46,376 nucleotides of DNA from an uncultured Woeseiaceae bacterium. GTDB taxonomy: Bacteria; Pseudomonadota; Gammaproteobacteria; Steroidobacterales; Woeseiaceae. Within the stretch, counting starts at the first letter, position 1. The number at the start of each line of letters is the position of its first letter. Of this stretch, positions 18,748 through 28,025 are shown in pieces. The translations under genes were made by a program, and so were the position numbers. Location: the NCBI GenBank assembly GCA_947259145.1, contig CAMYLB010000133.1, positions 1 through 46,376 on the forward strand. The letters run 5' to 3'. The notes beneath the pieces are model-generated. The model saw only the letters and a list, made by a program, of their open reading frames with translations. It was not told the DNA's origin and ran no database searches.

Positions 18748-20031
18748 CTAGGTCTGGATGGTCGACAGGTCTTCCGACGCGATAGGCAACAACGCGGTGT
18801 TTTCCCGAGCGAGCAGGTTTCGCATATCCTGCAGCGTCTTCATGATCGCGGTATCCGCGAATTCGGCACCGTCCAGGCTGCCGCGCGTCGTCGCGTACGG
18901 GTCGTTGAACTTGATCTTGTGGTGTCCCAGTGTAATGAGATCATCGTGCAGCAGCACATGATTGGACACGCGTTTGCCGTTCACAAACGTACCGTTGGTG
19001 CTATTGAGATCCATCAGGAAAGTTGAACTGCCGTGACGCACGAGCAGGGCGTGATGGCGACTGATGAAACGGCTGCCGATCGATATGTCGTTGTGATCCG
19101 AGCGCCCGATCAGCATTCGAGATTTTTCCATCCTGAGCTTGCCAATGATACTGCCGTTATTGGTCACGATTAGCTGCGGCGACTCGGGCGGAACGGAAGG
19201 CCCGCTCTCGGCCGACATGAGTTCGTCGTCGTCCCAGGTGCCGGTTGGCAGCGTGGGGTGCTCAACCTCGGCGACAGCGACAGGCAGCGTTTTGGCACGG
19301 GCCAGAGCCAACAGCGCGAGTCTGTCGAGGATGCCGGGCCAACCACCAGATGCTCTCCACAGCTCCGTGCAAACTGCGTCCGGGAAAACGAAATCCGGGT
19401 AATCGCTGCCTGCGACACGTAGCTTGTTGTGCAGGTAGCCCTTGGCCTCCTGCTGTGTCATCGGGTGCAGGTGCAGTTCGTGCAGCAGGCGTGCTGACAA
19501 GGACTGCATTGCGGGTGCTTTCATCAGGGCTGCCAGTGAACGATCGCTAACCAGGACTATTTTCAAGGCACTGCCGGTATTTACCCGAAGTTCGGCCAAC
19601 TCACACAGCGCACGCAAGCCGCTAGGATTCATTTCATGCATGTTTTCGATGATGAGCAGAGGCGGCTCATGTGAGCCGGCCTGCTGTAATGCGAAGACCC
19701 GTACGAGGCCCAGCAGCTCGTTATTGGAACTCGTTTCGAGCGTGTAGCCGAACTGGTGTAAAACGCTGGTCAACAAGTTCGTCGTATTGAGGCCCTTGCC
19801 GTCAACCAGCGCCACGGCACAATCCTCGTGCAGCGTATCGATGAAACTGCGGATCAAAGTCGATTTACCGGACAAGGTCGGCCCCTGCAGCAGGCAGAGA
19901 CCGGTAGGGTGCTCGTAGGTGTCCTTCAGGGTTTGAAGCGCCTCAATATGTGCGCCATACGACAGGACCGCCAGCGGTTTCCCGTGGCTCGGGAAGGGTT
20001 GTTCCTTTAGCCCGGCGGCGCCTAGATCCAT
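18748..20031 (-). CDS. ExeA/GspA/MshM-like AAA+ ATPase fused to a C-terminal FHA domain
   Basis: N-terminus LKEQPF..., Walker A GPTLSGKST, Walker B LLIIENMH. C-terminal FHA (IGRSDHNDISIGSRFISRHHALL...DLNSTNGTFVNGKRV...GHHKIKF). I prefer the start at Met 20031, where the ExeA-like N-terminus begins. Confidence 0.8.
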   Translation of the reverse strand: MDLGAAGLKEQPFPSHGKPLAVLSYGAHIEALQTLKDTYEHPTGLCLLQGPTLSGKSTLIRSFIDTLHEDCAVALVDGKGLNTTNLLTSVLHQFGYTLETSSNNELLGLVRVFALQQAGSHEPPLLIIENMHEMNPSGLRALCELAELRVNTGSALKIVLVSDRSLAALMKAPAMQSLSARLLHELHLHPMTQQEAKGYLHNKLRVAGSDYPDFVFPDAVCTELWRASGGWPGILDRLALLALARAKTLPVAVAEVEHPTLPTGTWDDDELMSAESGPSVPPESPQLIVTNNGSIIGKLRMEKSRMLIGRSDHNDISIGSRFISRHHALLVRHGSSTFLMDLNSTNGTFVNGKRVSNHVLLHDDLITLGHHKIKFNDPYATTRGSLDGAEFADTAIMKTLQDMRNLLARENTALLPIASEDLSTIQT

Positions 20032-20263
20032 TAGTCGTCTCTCGCAATCGTCATATCGCGGTATGTTTTTTGCTATTGTCCGGTTGCGGTCTGTTCTTAT
20101 ATGAATTGCTGACCGGGCCATTCAGTCTACGACCGCGCTTCAGTTGTTGTAAACCAGAATTCGTGTGTTTCCTTGTACTTCATAGAGACACGGGATGTTA
20201 TTGGGATTGACTTTAATACGTGCGTCTAAGTATCTGTGAAACAAGGAAGTTTAGCTGTGATTT

Positions 20264-20694
20264 TTGAAGCGTCTGCGTTCGGCGACGGAGTATAAGGCAT
20301 TGACCGCAAAGCTATCCGCCGACAACCTCACCCTGATTCGTGGCGAACGCTGCCTGTTTGAGGGCCTCGATTTTGCGCTGAACAGCGGCGAACTGCTGTT
20401 GCTCGAGGGCCGTAATGGCTGCGGCAAGACCAGCCTGATGCGCGCAATTGCCGGCGCTTACCATTGCGGTCGCTGTCGGCCGGTCAACAGCGTCGCGTAG
20501 CGCTGGCCCGCATGCTGCTCGCTGATGTGCCTCTCTGGCTGCTGGACGAACCCTTTACCAACCTGGATCGCGAAGGCAGGAAACTCGTCATGGAACTGGC
20601 GGAAGAACATCTGGCCTCCGGCGGCCTCTGCGTCATGGCGGCGCACCAGGATGTCGAAATCAACGCGCCTATCACAAAGATTCAAATGCAATGA
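20264..20694 (+). pseudogene. ccmA: Heme exporter ATP-binding protein CcmA, internal segment missing and frame broken near 20458
   Basis: ORF 20264-20500 holds Walker A (GRNGCGKTS). ORF 20464-20694 holds the signature and Walker B (LSAGQQRRVALARM...LWLLDEP). The total of 431 nt (143.7 codons) compares with about 205-aa CcmA proteins. Confidence 0.85.
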
Positions 20695-21389
20695 GCGAAC
20701 CCGCACCGCAAATACCGGGAATATTCTCGGGCCTTTGGGCGACGGCGAGGCGCGACCTGCTGCTGGCCTGGAAGCGGCCCGGCGACGTGCTGAATCCGCT
20801 GTTTTTCTTCGCCATGGTTTGCACGCTGTTTCCGCTGGCCATTGGTCCCAGCGCAGAGCAACTCGAATTCATCGGTCCCGGCGTCCTGTGGGTTGCCGCA
20901 CTGCTGTCGACGCTGCTGTCGCTCAATTCACTATTCTTGGGCGATTTCGAAGATGGCAGCCTGGATCAGCTACTGGTCAGCCCTCAGCCCTTGCCCGTCC
21001 TGGCGCTGGGCAAGACGCTGGCTCACTGGCTGACCAGCGGCCTGCCGCTGGTGCTCGTGTCGCCGATACTTGCCGTGACCTACCGCATGCCCGCATCCGT
21101 AGTTCCCGTAATGATGCTGACCCTCTTGCTGGGTACCATCAGCCTGAGTTTGTTAGGCTCAATTGGCGCCGCGCTGACGGTGGGTTTACACCGTGGCACG
21201 GCGCTGCTTAGTTTGCTTATCCTGCCCCTGGCCATGCCCGTGCTATTGCTTGGTGCCAACACGGTATCGCTGGCCGCTGGCAACGACATTTATACGACCG
21301 GCGTATGGGCGTTGGGCGCCTATGCCATTGCATCGCTGAGCCTGGCTCCCTACGCTACGGCCGCCGCTTTAAGAATCAGTAACGAGTAG
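20691..21389 (+). CDS. ccmB: Heme exporter protein CcmB
   Basis: ATGA overlap with ccmA. Polytopic membrane protein with a CcmB-like N-terminus (RDLLLAWKRPGDVLNPLFFF). Confidence 0.9.
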   Translation: MSEPAPQIPGIFSGLWATARRDLLLAWKRPGDVLNPLFFFAMVCTLFPLAIGPSAEQLEFIGPGVLWVAALLSTLLSLNSLFLGDFEDGSLDQLLVSPQPLPVLALGKTLAHWLTSGLPLVLVSPILAVTYRMPASVVPVMMLTLLLGTISLSLLGSIGAALTVGLHRGTALLSLLILPLAMPVLLLGANTVSLAAGNDIYTTGVWALGAYAIASLSLAPYATAAALRISNE

Positions 21390-21399
21390 AATCCCGACC

Positions 21400-22149
21400 A
21401 TGTGGAAATTTTTTCATAAGCTGGCTTCACCGCCACATTTTTATCGCCTGGCCGCTGTCTTTGTGCCGTGGCTTGCAGTGCCCGCCGTCGCGCTTATTGG
21501 GTATGGCGTGTATGCCGGGCTATTTCTGGCCCCGATGGACTATCAGCAGGGCGACGCGTTTCGCATCATTTATGTGCACGTCCCGTCGGCCTACCTGTCG
21601 ATAATGGCGTACATGATCATGGCTGTCAGCGGGGGCATTGGCCTCATCTGGCGTATGAAGCTGGCACACGCTGTCGCGGCAGCCGCGGCTCCGCTGGGCG
21701 CAGCCTTTACGTTTCTTGCCCTCGTGACCGGATCGATCTGGGGCCGGCCGATGTGGGGAACCTGGTGGGAGTGGGGCGATCCAAGGCTGACGTCGGAGCT
21801 TATTTTGTTGTTTTTGTACTTCGGTTATATGGCGCTGCGCAGCGCAATCGACGACACGGCCAAGGCTGACAAAGCCAGTGCCGTACTCGCGTTGGTTGGT
21901 GTGGTGAACGTTGTGATCGTTCACTTCTCGGTGGAATGGTGGAGTTCGTTGCACCAGGGGCAGACGTTGATGAAAGAGGGTGGGCCGGCAATGGATCCTG
22001 GCATGTTGTATCCGCTGCTGGCTATGATCCTCGGATTCACGTTTTTGTTCGGTTCTCTCTTATTGCGTCGCGTACGAACCGAAGTATTGTTCCGCGAACG
22101 GCGCACCCGATGGGTGCGTGAAATGATTTTGTCACCAGAAGGTAGTTAG
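21400..22149 (+). CDS. ccmC: Heme exporter protein CcmC
   Basis: WWD-type motif (WGRPMWGTWWEWGDPRLTS). Position after ccmB. Confidence 0.92.
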   Translation: MWKFFHKLASPPHFYRLAAVFVPWLAVPAVALIGYGVYAGLFLAPMDYQQGDAFRIIYVHVPSAYLSIMAYMIMAVSGGIGLIWRMKLAHAVAAAAAPLGAAFTFLALVTGSIWGRPMWGTWWEWGDPRLTSELILLFLYFGYMALRSAIDDTAKADKASAVLALVGVVNVVIVHFSVEWWSSLHQGQTLMKEGGPAMDPGMLYPLLAMILGFTFLFGSLLLRRVRTEVLFRERRTRWVREMILSPEGS

Positions 22150-22151
22150 GA

Positions 22152-22313
22152 ATGGAAAACCTGGCAATGGGAAATTATGGCGTGTATGTCTGGAGTTGTT
22201 TCGGACTGACATTGGCCGTCGTTGTCTTCTCGGACTGGCGCGCACGGTTGCGCCACAAACGCGTGTATCGCGACATAGAAGTGCGCATCAGAGCGCTGGA
22301 GGAACGCCAATGA
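22152..22313 (+). CDS. ccmD: Heme exporter protein CcmD (53 aa, below ORF-track cutoff)
   Basis: MENLAMGNYGVYVWSCFGLTLAVVVFSDWRARL..., a single TM small protein between ccmC and ccmE. Its stop overlaps the ccmE ATG. Confidence 0.75.
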   Translation: MENLAMGNYGVYVWSCFGLTLAVVVFSDWRARLRHKRVYRDIEVRIRALEERQ

Positions 22314-22783
22314 AACCGAGGCAACAACGTATGCTTGCCGTTGGTCTTGCTGTAGTCGGCATAGCGATTGCCGCGGCATTCACGCTGCGGGCTTTCCAGG
22401 ACAACATGATGTTCTTCGTCGACATCTCGGATGTCGTCAAAGGGGATTATCCCAAGCAGCGAAATTTTCGTATCGGAGGGCTTGTGGTTGACGGCAGTGT
22501 CGAGCGCGCGGAAGGCTCAATGGATTTGAGGTTTCGTGTAACAGATATGAACTGCGAATTACCCGTCAGCTACGTCGGCGTCTTGCCGGACCTGTTTCGC
22601 GAGGGACAAGGCGTGGTTGCACACGGGCGACTCGCTGGCGACGGTGTGTTTATGGCCGACAAGATTCTCGCCAAACATGATGAGAACTATATGGCGCCGG
22701 AAGTCGCAGATTCGCTGGCCAAGCATGTTGACGGCAAGACGGCACCTCTTCGCGCGGGCGGTACGGGGTGTGACACGCAATGA
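22310..22783 (+). CDS. ccmE: Cytochrome c-type biogenesis heme chaperone CcmE
   Basis: MKPRQQRMLAVGL... membrane anchor, LPDLFREGQGVVAHG, and the heme-binding His in AKHDENYMAPE. Confidence 0.92.
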   Translation: MKPRQQRMLAVGLAVVGIAIAAAFTLRAFQDNMMFFVDISDVVKGDYPKQRNFRIGGLVVDGSVERAEGSMDLRFRVTDMNCELPVSYVGVLPDLFREGQGVVAHGRLAGDGVFMADKILAKHDENYMAPEVADSLAKHVDGKTAPLRAGGTGCDTQ

Positions 22784-24741
22784 TTCCTGAAATCGGGCAA
22801 TTCGCCCTTATCCTCGCGCTGTCCCTGGCCATATGCCAGAGCGTTTTGCCGCTGATCGGCGCCCACCGCAACAACCTTGCCATGATGCGAGTTGGCAAGA
22901 CCGCGGCACTCGGCCAGTTCGTATTCGTCGCGGTCGCATTCGGCTGTCTGACATGGTCATTTGTCAGCAGCGACTTCTCGGTTCTTTACGTCGCTAACCA
23001 TTCACAGCTGTCCTTACCCACTATCTACAAGATCTCAGCCGTCTGGGGTGCCCACGAAGGTTCCCTGTTGATGTGGATACTGATTCTTGCAGCATGGACG
23101 GTTGCGGTATCACGCTACAGTTCCGAATTGCCTGAATCATTCGCCGCACGCGTAATTGGCGTGCTGGGATTGTTATCGGTCGGTTTTCTGCTGTTCATAC
23201 TGTTGACGTCGAATCCCTTCGACCGGCTGTTCCCACCCGCGAGCGATGGCGCCGATTTGAATCCGCTGCTGCAGGACCCCGGATTGGCGATTCACCCGCC
23301 GTTGCTCTACATCGGGTACGTTGGCTTCTCAGTTGCGTTTGCTTTCGCCATCGCGGCGATGCTCAGCAGCAACCTTGATCAACGCTGGGCGAAATGGACG
23401 CGACCGTGGACAACGCTCTCCTGGATGTTCCTGACACTCGGCATCATGCTCGGCAGCTGGTGGGCCTATTATGAGTTGGGGTGGGGCGGATGGTGGTTCT
23501 GGGACCCGGTTGAGAACGCCTCTTTTATGCCATGGCTGGTTGGCACGGCGCTGATTCATTCGCTCGCCGTCACCGAGCGCCGCGGTTTGTTCAAAAGCTG
23601 GACCCTGTTGCTCGCCATCACGGCATTTTCATTAAGCCTGCTCGGGACTTTCCTGGTGCGATCCGGAATCATCGTTTCGGTGCACGCGTTTGCGACGGAT
23701 CCGACACGTGGATTCTTTATCCTGACGTTCCTTGCCATTGTCGTTGGAGGCGCACTTACGTTGTACGCCTGGCGCGCGCCGTCACTGGATTCGGACGCCG
23801 GTTTCAGCCTGCTGTCACGTGAAACCTTCCTGCTGTTGAATAACGTATTGCTGGTGGTTGCCGCGACGCTGGTTCTGATGGGCACGCTGGCACCGCTGGT
23901 CATCGAGCTGCTCAACGGCGGCAAGATTTCGATCGGTCCGCCCTGGTTCGAGGTCGCGTTTCTCGTACCCATGATTCCGCTGGTGCTTTTGCTGGGAGTG
24001 GGCATGCACACGGCCTGGCGCAAGCAAGACCCTCGGCCCTGGATTGCTCTGTTACGAATTCCCGCAATTGCAGCCATCCTGCTCGGCGTAGTTTTGCCGC
24101 TGATGTTCTATGGGCGTACCAGTCTGCTTCTCACCGTCGGTTTCTCCGCGGCGCTTTGGATAATTGTCACATCACTGATACAGCCGATACGCTCGATTCG
24201 CCGCAAGGATGGCTCGGCCGGCATTACTCGATCCGCCCTCGGCATGTCCGTTGCCCACCTCGGCATGGGACTATTCGTGCTCGGCGTGACAGTTACTTCT
24301 GCGTTCAACATTGAGTCCGATCGTGCGCTGACCCCGGGGCAGTCGATCGCAGTTGGCGGTTTCGATTTCGAGATGCTCGAACTGCGTGATGTTGAAGGGC
24401 CGAATTATTCGGCGATTGAGGCTGTCGTCGAAATCCGCAAGGATGGCGAGTTCGTCGCCACGGTGCGGCCACAAAAGCGACAGTACCTCGTGCAAAAAAG
24501 CTGGATGACTGAGGCCGGTATCTACGCGACGTGGAACAAGGACCTGTTTGTTGCACTGGGCGATCAGCTCGGCGACGGCGCCTGGAGCGTGCGCGTGCAG
24601 TACAAACCGATGATCCGATTCATCTGGTTTGGCGCGATCATCATGGCGTTAGGTGGACTCATCGCCGTCAGCGACCGACGCTATCGTCTGAAAGCAAGCA
24701 AGACCAGCGCTGCGGATCAAGCGGTTGCGGAGTCCGTCTGA
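22780..24741 (+). CDS. ccmF: Cytochrome c heme lyase subunit CcmF
   Basis: 653-aa polytopic protein with WGGWWFWDPVENASFMPW. Confidence 0.95.
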   Translation: MIPEIGQFALILALSLAICQSVLPLIGAHRNNLAMMRVGKTAALGQFVFVAVAFGCLTWSFVSSDFSVLYVANHSQLSLPTIYKISAVWGAHEGSLLMWILILAAWTVAVSRYSSELPESFAARVIGVLGLLSVGFLLFILLTSNPFDRLFPPASDGADLNPLLQDPGLAIHPPLLYIGYVGFSVAFAFAIAAMLSSNLDQRWAKWTRPWTTLSWMFLTLGIMLGSWWAYYELGWGGWWFWDPVENASFMPWLVGTALIHSLAVTERRGLFKSWTLLLAITAFSLSLLGTFLVRSGIIVSVHAFATDPTRGFFILTFLAIVVGGALTLYAWRAPSLDSDAGFSLLSRETFLLLNNVLLVVAATLVLMGTLAPLVIELLNGGKISIGPPWFEVAFLVPMIPLVLLLGVGMHTAWRKQDPRPWIALLRIPAIAAILLGVVLPLMFYGRTSLLLTVGFSAALWIIVTSLIQPIRSIRRKDGSAGITRSALGMSVAHLGMGLFVLGVTVTSAFNIESDRALTPGQSIAVGGFDFEMLELRDVEGPNYSAIEAVVEIRKDGEFVATVRPQKRQYLVQKSWMTEAGIYATWNKDLFVALGDQLGDGAWSVRVQYKPMIRFIWFGAIIMALGGLIAVSDRRYRLKASKTSAADQAVAESV

Positions 24742-25274
24742 TGTCGCGATATATTTTGCCGCTGATTGCGGTTGTTGCACTGGTCCTGTTTCTGGTCATC
24801 GGTTTGCAGCGTGGCGACCCGAGGGCGCTGCCGTCACCTTATATTGGGAAACCGGCGCCGCAGTTTGAATTGCCGACCCTGGCTGATCCTGCGGTAATGG
24901 TGGCGTCGAAAGATCTCGAGGGAGATTTTGCGTTGGTCAACGTCTGGGCAACGTGGTGCGTCGGCTGCAGGTCCGAGCATCCCTTCCTTCTGCAGCTTGC
25001 GAGAGACAACAGCATTCCTATTTACGGCATCAACTGGCGCGATACGCGCCCCGAAGCACTGCGCTGGATTGCACAGCTGGGTGACCCGTATATCGCGTCG
25101 GGCTTCGATGAGACGGGGCGTGTCGGCATCGACTGGGGCGTATACGGCGCACCGGAGACGTTCCTTCTCAACGCTGATGGCATTGTGGTTCACAAACACC
25201 TGGGTCCTCTCGGCAGAGAGGCCTGGGATCGTGACTTCGTGCCATTGATCAACGCCGGGAGGGCCGCTCAATGA
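24741..25274 (+). CDS. ccmG: Thiol:disulfide interchange protein CcmG/DsbE
   Basis: MSRYILPLIAVV... anchor, the thioredoxin motif WATWCVGC, and GVYGAPETFL. The start overlaps the ccmF stop. Confidence 0.92.
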   Translation: MSRYILPLIAVVALVLFLVIGLQRGDPRALPSPYIGKPAPQFELPTLADPAVMVASKDLEGDFALVNVWATWCVGCRSEHPFLLQLARDNSIPIYGINWRDTRPEALRWIAQLGDPYIASGFDETGRVGIDWGVYGAPETFLLNADGIVVHKHLGPLGREAWDRDFVPLINAGRAAQ

Positions 25275-25711
25275 GACGTGTTCTGATCTTGGCTGTCGCA
25301 GTATTTTCAATGGGACCCGTCGCCGCGATCGATACGGGACAAGCATTTGACGACCCGGTACTCCAGGCGCGTTACGAAAAGCTCATTTCGGAGGTGCGAT
25401 GCCTGAAGTGTCAGAACCAGAGCATCAAGGACTCGAACGTTTTCCTGGCATCCGATCTGCGGCGAGAAATCCGCCGACTAATCGAGGAAGGCAAAAGCGA
25501 CGCCGAGGTTGTGGATTTCCTGGTCACCCGCTACGGCGAATTCGCCCTGTACCGGCCGCGCACAACAGGCAAGACGCTGATTCTCTGGATCGCACCGTTC
25601 CTGCTGGTACTTCTCGGTGGCTTTGCGCTGTTCCGTGTCGTCCGGCACCGCATGTCGATGCCGATGGATGACGACACAGCCATAACAGCCAAAGAAGGGT
25701 CGTCCGAGTGA
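25271..25711 (+). CDS. ccmH: Cytochrome c-type biogenesis protein CcmH
   Basis: Signal peptide, then the VRCLKCQNQSI (LRCxxC) motif and a C-terminal TM segment. Confidence 0.9.
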   Translation: MRRVLILAVAVFSMGPVAAIDTGQAFDDPVLQARYEKLISEVRCLKCQNQSIKDSNVFLASDLRREIRRLIEEGKSDAEVVDFLVTRYGEFALYRPRTTGKTLILWIAPFLLVLLGGFALFRVVRHRMSMPMDDDTAITAKEGSSE

Positions 25712-26769
25712 CTTTCTGGATAATTGCGGGCCTCTTGTGCCTTATTGCCATCGGTTTCGGTGCCTGGCCCCTGTATCGTGAATCACGCCGTCTTACGCCA
25801 GTGCTGGCGATTGTTATCGTGGCCACGGTGGCAGTGTCCGTCGGTCTTTACAGCCGTATCGGCAGCCCGGATATACCGTCAGCCGGGGCACAGTCCGACA
25901 CGATTCCCGATATGGCGTCGGCGATAGCCTCGCTGCAGCAGCGGCTTCTGGACAATCCCGAAGACGTAAACGGTTGGAACATGCTGGCACGTTCCTATAT
26001 GACCATGCAGCGTTTTGGCGATGCAGTTACAGCTTACGAGCGGGTCATGGAACTGGAGGATGGCCAAAACGCGCAGACGATGGTCGATCTCGCACTGGCA
26101 ATCCTGTCTCGCGACGGTACCGCGATCGAGGGCCGAACCTCATCATTGATCGAAAGCGCCCTGGCGCTGGAGCCGAATAATCCGGCAGCGTTGTTTTATT
26201 CGGGCATTGCGTCCGCGAATCGCGGCGATACGGAGATGGCGGCTAACCGTTGGGAGATGCTCCTGGGGCTGAACCCGCCTGCGGAGATCCGTTCGATTCT
26301 GGAGCAGCGCGTCGCGGAATGGCGCGGTGTGCCGATCGAGTCCATTGAACCGCCGGTCGTCGCTGCAGGCCCAAGCGCGCCAGCCGCGCCAGCCGCTCCG
26401 GGCGAAGCGCCAACAGCTGATCCCGATGCTGTGGTAACGGCACGCATCGCTTTATCGAACAGCGCCTTGTCGGCGCTCACGGCTGATGCGAACGTGTTCG
26501 TTATCGCACGTGACCCGGCACAACCGTCGCCGCCCATCGCGGTGAGTCGTGTGCGCTTGTCCGAATTGCCCACTGTCGTCTCGCTCGGGGATGCCCAATC
26601 GATGGTCGCTGGACGTGCACTGTCTGGTTATGAAGAATTCGAATTGCTGGCCCGCGTTTCCCTGAGCGGCTCTCCAGCCGCAACGCCAGGCGACTGGTTC
26701 GGTACCTTGATCGTGCGACCGGCGGACAGCCCCGCGGTTTTCCTGTCGATCGACCAGAGAGTGCCATAG
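25708..26769 (+). CDS. ccmI: Cytochrome c-type biogenesis protein CcmI/CycH (TPR)
   Basis: N-terminal TM pair and a TPR-like region (NPEDVNGWNMLARSYMTMQRFGDAV). Last gene of the ccm operon; overlaps the ccmH stop. Confidence 0.8.
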   Translation: MTFWIIAGLLCLIAIGFGAWPLYRESRRLTPVLAIVIVATVAVSVGLYSRIGSPDIPSAGAQSDTIPDMASAIASLQQRLLDNPEDVNGWNMLARSYMTMQRFGDAVTAYERVMELEDGQNAQTMVDLALAILSRDGTAIEGRTSSLIESALALEPNNPAALFYSGIASANRGDTEMAANRWEMLLGLNPPAEIRSILEQRVAEWRGVPIESIEPPVVAAGPSAPAAPAAPGEAPTADPDAVVTARIALSNSALSALTADANVFVIARDPAQPSPPIAVSRVRLSELPTVVSLGDAQSMVAGRALSGYEEFELLARVSLSGSPAATPGDWFGTLIVRPADSPAVFLSIDQRVP

Positions 26770-27646
26770 TGGCTTTACCGAAGTCGCTCGAAGGCAGGCT
26801 TCGAATCCCCCTGATTGGCGCGCCGATGTTCATCGTCTCGGGACCCGAACTGGTTATCGCGCAGTGCCAGGCTGGCATCGTGGGATCTTTTCCGGCACTT
26901 AACGCGCGGCCGCAGTCGGCGCTCAGTGAGTGGCTGAAACAGATCGAGGACGAACTCGGCGAATACCAGGAAGCGCATCCGGACGAGCCGGTCGCGCCCT
27001 ATGCGGTCAATCAGATTGCGCATGCCAGCAATCCACGTCTTTTTAAAGACGTAGAGACCTGCGTCAAGCACGAAGTGCCCATAATCATCACCAGCCTCAG
27101 GCCCCCTGAAGAAATTGTTACGGCGGTTCACTCCTATGGCGGGCTGGTATTTCACGATGTCATCAGCCTGCGACACTTGCCTTCATCAAGGAAATCCGGC
27201 GCGAGTTCGACGGCGCCCTGATTCTTTCGGGTTGCATTACGAGTGGCATGGATGTGGTTGCCGCGATAGCGTTGGGAGCCGACCTTGCTTACAGCGGGAC
27301 ACGCTTTATCGCCACGCAGGAAGCCCGGGCAGTGCCAAGTTACAAGGAAATGGTGGTAGATAGCAAAGCCGACGGCATCGTGTATACGTCGCTATTCACG
27401 GGTGTTCACGGCAGTTATCTCAAAGGCAGTATCGCCAACGCCGGAATGGATCCCGATAACCTGCCGGAAGGTAGCAAGAGTGACATGGATTTCGGCAACG
27501 AAGAGATTAGTGCAAAAGCCTGGAAAGACATCTGGGGTGCAGGCCAGGGCGTGGGTAACATTGACGAGATCATGCCGGCGCGGGACCTGGTATTACGCAT
27601 GGAGCGCGAGTATCGAGAAACCCTGGCCCACCTTAACGCGGCCTAG
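26769..27646 (+). pseudogene. Nitronate monooxygenase (2-nitropropane dioxygenase family), internal segment missing and frame broken near 27175
   Basis: ORF 26769-27221 (IGAPMFIVSGPELV..., HSYGGLVFHDVISLRH). A third frame continues with TLAFIKEIRREFDGALILSGCITSG and ORF 27248-27646 (ALGADLAYSGTRFIAT). The FMN-binding GVDG...AGGH block is absent. The total of 878 nt is not a multiple of 3. Confidence 0.8.
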
Positions 27647-27648
27647 TC

Positions 27649-28025
27649 ATGCATATCGTTTTTTATTCGTACCTGTTCGTGGCTCTGGGTGGCGCGCTTG
27701 GCGCAATGGCGCGATTAGCACTGAATGTTTTCCTAACCTGATCGGTTGCTTCGTGATGGGGATTCTTGCGCAACTAATCGCCAATACGTCGTGGTTTAAC
27801 GATGCCGGCATCATTCCTGATCAATACCGACTTCTATTTGCAGTGGGCTTCTGCGGAAGTTTCACGACGCTGTCATCGTTAGTGCTGGAACTCAACACAA
27901 TGATCCAGAAGAACGAGCTGTTTTATTCTTTCACGTATCTCGTTAGCACACTGGTCGGTGGTTTCGCTTGCTTCTATTTCGGCGTCGTCCTGATGAAGGC
28001 CGTTTTGCAGCTGCAAAATAGTTAG
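27649..28025 (+). pseudogene. crcB: Fluoride channel CrcB/Fluc, frame broken near 27725-27735
   Basis: MHIVFYSYLFVALGGALGAMARLALNVFLT* stops at 27739-27741. Another frame continues with FPNLIGCFVMG...FCGSFTTLSS... to 28025. The usual FPxGT loop segment appears shortened. The total of 377 nt is not a multiple of 3. Confidence 0.75.

Noticed and set aside
20032-20121. Upstream extensions of ORF-track models (ExeA-like 20032-20121, ccmG 24531-24740, FAAL 35706-35792, IorB 39479-39541, DUF3365 44858-44926, ccmE 22196-22309, LPLAT 34302-34499)
   Set aside because: The extensions overlap the preceding genes and are not part of the conserved proteins. Internal Met or GTG codons give N-termini that match the families and the usual start/stop coupling.
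27600-27660. Looked for a fluoride (crcB-motif) riboswitch upstream of crcB
   Set aside because: crcB begins 2 nt after the NMO stop codon, so there is no leader in which a riboswitch could fit.
27402-28025. 207-aa ORF in the ORF track
   Set aside because: It is a chimera. The first two thirds are an out-of-frame reading of the NMO 3-prime end, and only the last ~95 residues (FPNLIGCF... onward) are genuine CrcB sequence.
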